From a virus, in the IMG/VR virus record IMGVR_UViG_3300025141_000026: DNA of 64,000 bases; one strand, written 5' to 3'. The position numbers and the translations under genes were made by a program. Every line of letters starts with the position of its first letter. The first letter of the stretch is position 1. The notes under the pieces are model-generated. The model was not told the origin of the DNA, searched no databases, and saw only the letters and a list, made by a program, of their open reading frames with translations. Below are positions 63,207 to 64,000 of the stretch, piece after piece.

Positions 63207-64000
63207 TTATATATCAAGTTTTAGCTTAAATGTAAACTCCCTGTCTTCAGTTTTTTTGACAGGGTTTGCAACTTTAGCAACGCCGATGAGGTTTTTGTCT
63301 TTGTCATAAATTCCAACTCTAGAAATAAATGTTTGTTTTTCAAAAGACCCTGTTGGATCAGCATATGAACTCGAAACAATATTTTTTATTGGTATTCGGG
63401 GGTTTTCTTTGAATTGAGTTGAGTTCGTTTTGCTACCAAACGTCGTTATTCTAGAATTATAATCAATGTATGTTGGGTTGCTGGAGTAATTCAATTGCCC
63501 TTTGGGTGCATGCGCTAACATTGTCAAAACAGGAATATAATTAGTCCCCTGAAAAGACATGTCAAAACTTGATGACGGTACATTATGTGATGGGTATGAT
63601 CCCGTCGTTCCAAAATAGATCCATTTAGCAGTTGTGCTGCTCCCACCAACGACATAATCCTCTTGATGAGAAGATATATTCCAGCTACCAGTTAGCAATA
63701 CAAATCCTTCATTGTATAGAACAACCCCTGCGATTGAACCAGAACCTGTTGAGCCTTCGGGACCTGTTTGGACCAATTCTCCATTCTTCTTTATATCTTT
63801 GCATTCAGCAGCTAGGGTTCCGGTAATATAAAACTTTAGACTAACTGTGCCTTTGTCTATTGAAGACCCATAAAAAATAGAGGGAATGCTAATCATAGAA
63901 ATGTTTTGCTGCCCCTTGTCAAATCCAAGAAAAGAAGAACTGTATTCATAGTGACCACTTAGATTCTTGTAAAAGTTTAATGTATTTTTTAGTGCAAATA
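63207..64000 (-). CDS. Virion tail/baseplate-associated protein, truncated at the window edge
   Basis: Frame stays open past 63896 to the window end; C-terminal ISRVGIYDKDKNLIGVAKV..PVKK...FKLKLD resembles tail-collar/baseplate domains. Confidence 0.6.
   Translation of the reverse strand, partial: FALKNTLNFYKNLSGHYEYSSSFLGFDKGQQNISMISIPSIFYGSSIDKGTVSLKFYITGTLAAECKDIKKNGELVQTGPEGSTGSGSIAGVVLYNEGFVLLTGSWNISSHQEDYVVGGSSTTAKWIYFGTTGSYPSHNVPSSSFDMSFQGTNYIPVLTMLAHAPKGQLNYSSNPTYIDYNSRITTFGSKTNSTQFKENPRIPIKNIVSSSYADPTGSFEKQTFISRVGIYDKDKNLIGVAKVANPVKKTEDREFTFKLKLDI

Noticed and set aside
63536-63545. Perfect late-motif copy inside a CDS (also near 1586, 23806 and 47707)
   Set aside because: These lie roughly 300 nt or more from the next start in AT-rich coding DNA and cannot be distinguished from chance.
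1-64000. Genome-wide stop codon reassignment suggested by the in-frame TGA at 60990
   Set aside because: Long conserved genes are intact in code 11, and TGA and TAG terminate many genes, including ATGA overlaps.
1-64000. tRNA, rRNA, introns or inteins
   Set aside because: Intergenic gaps are short and show no cloverleaf. DnaE, DnaB, NrdJ, RecA and terminase have ordinary lengths with no intein-like insertions visible by eye. A covariance search was not run.

Overview
This 64 kb window is an internal fragment of a large lytic tailed-phage genome with a T4-superfamily myovirus head/tail module. Essentially every real gene is on the - strand, and the + strand ORFs are antisense shadows. In transcription order (right to left) it holds: a truncated virion protein, a RuvC-like resolvase, primase, small proteins with shared leaders, a CxxCH cytochrome-like protein, and a fused SbcD-SbcC. 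Then come holin/spanin-like genes, a thioesterase, an array of seven cargo genes sharing an N-terminal leader, and a tail fibre. The structural block follows: terminase, portal, prohead protease, ribosomal protein bS21, scaffold, major capsid, neck, sheath, tube, tail chaperones, tape measure and baseplate. Last is a bacterial-style replication and metabolism block (PolA-like, tubulin-like, SSB, RecA, 5'-3' exonuclease, DnaB, NrdJ, GroES, SLT, DnaE, dUTPase, GMPR/IMPDH), then ClpP, an amidase endolysin and a truncated nuclease-like gene. The best candidate for an undescribed system is the 52.3-55.7 kb array. Unrelated domains (GNAT-like, ParB-like, putative metalloenzyme, unknowns) are each fused to a leader MKxLLxxWxKFxxE that resembles a capsid-targeting signal, and DNA direct repeats bound individual genes as swappable cassettes. 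Other notable signals are an in-frame UGA followed by a hairpin and an intact downstream domain, a late-promoter motif that is the reverse complement of the T4 one, a probable programmed frameshift in the tail chaperones, and a 16-aa Cys peptide before the protease gene. All product calls come from motif recognition by eye. No database searches were run. No tRNA, rRNA, CRISPR array or integrase was recognised.
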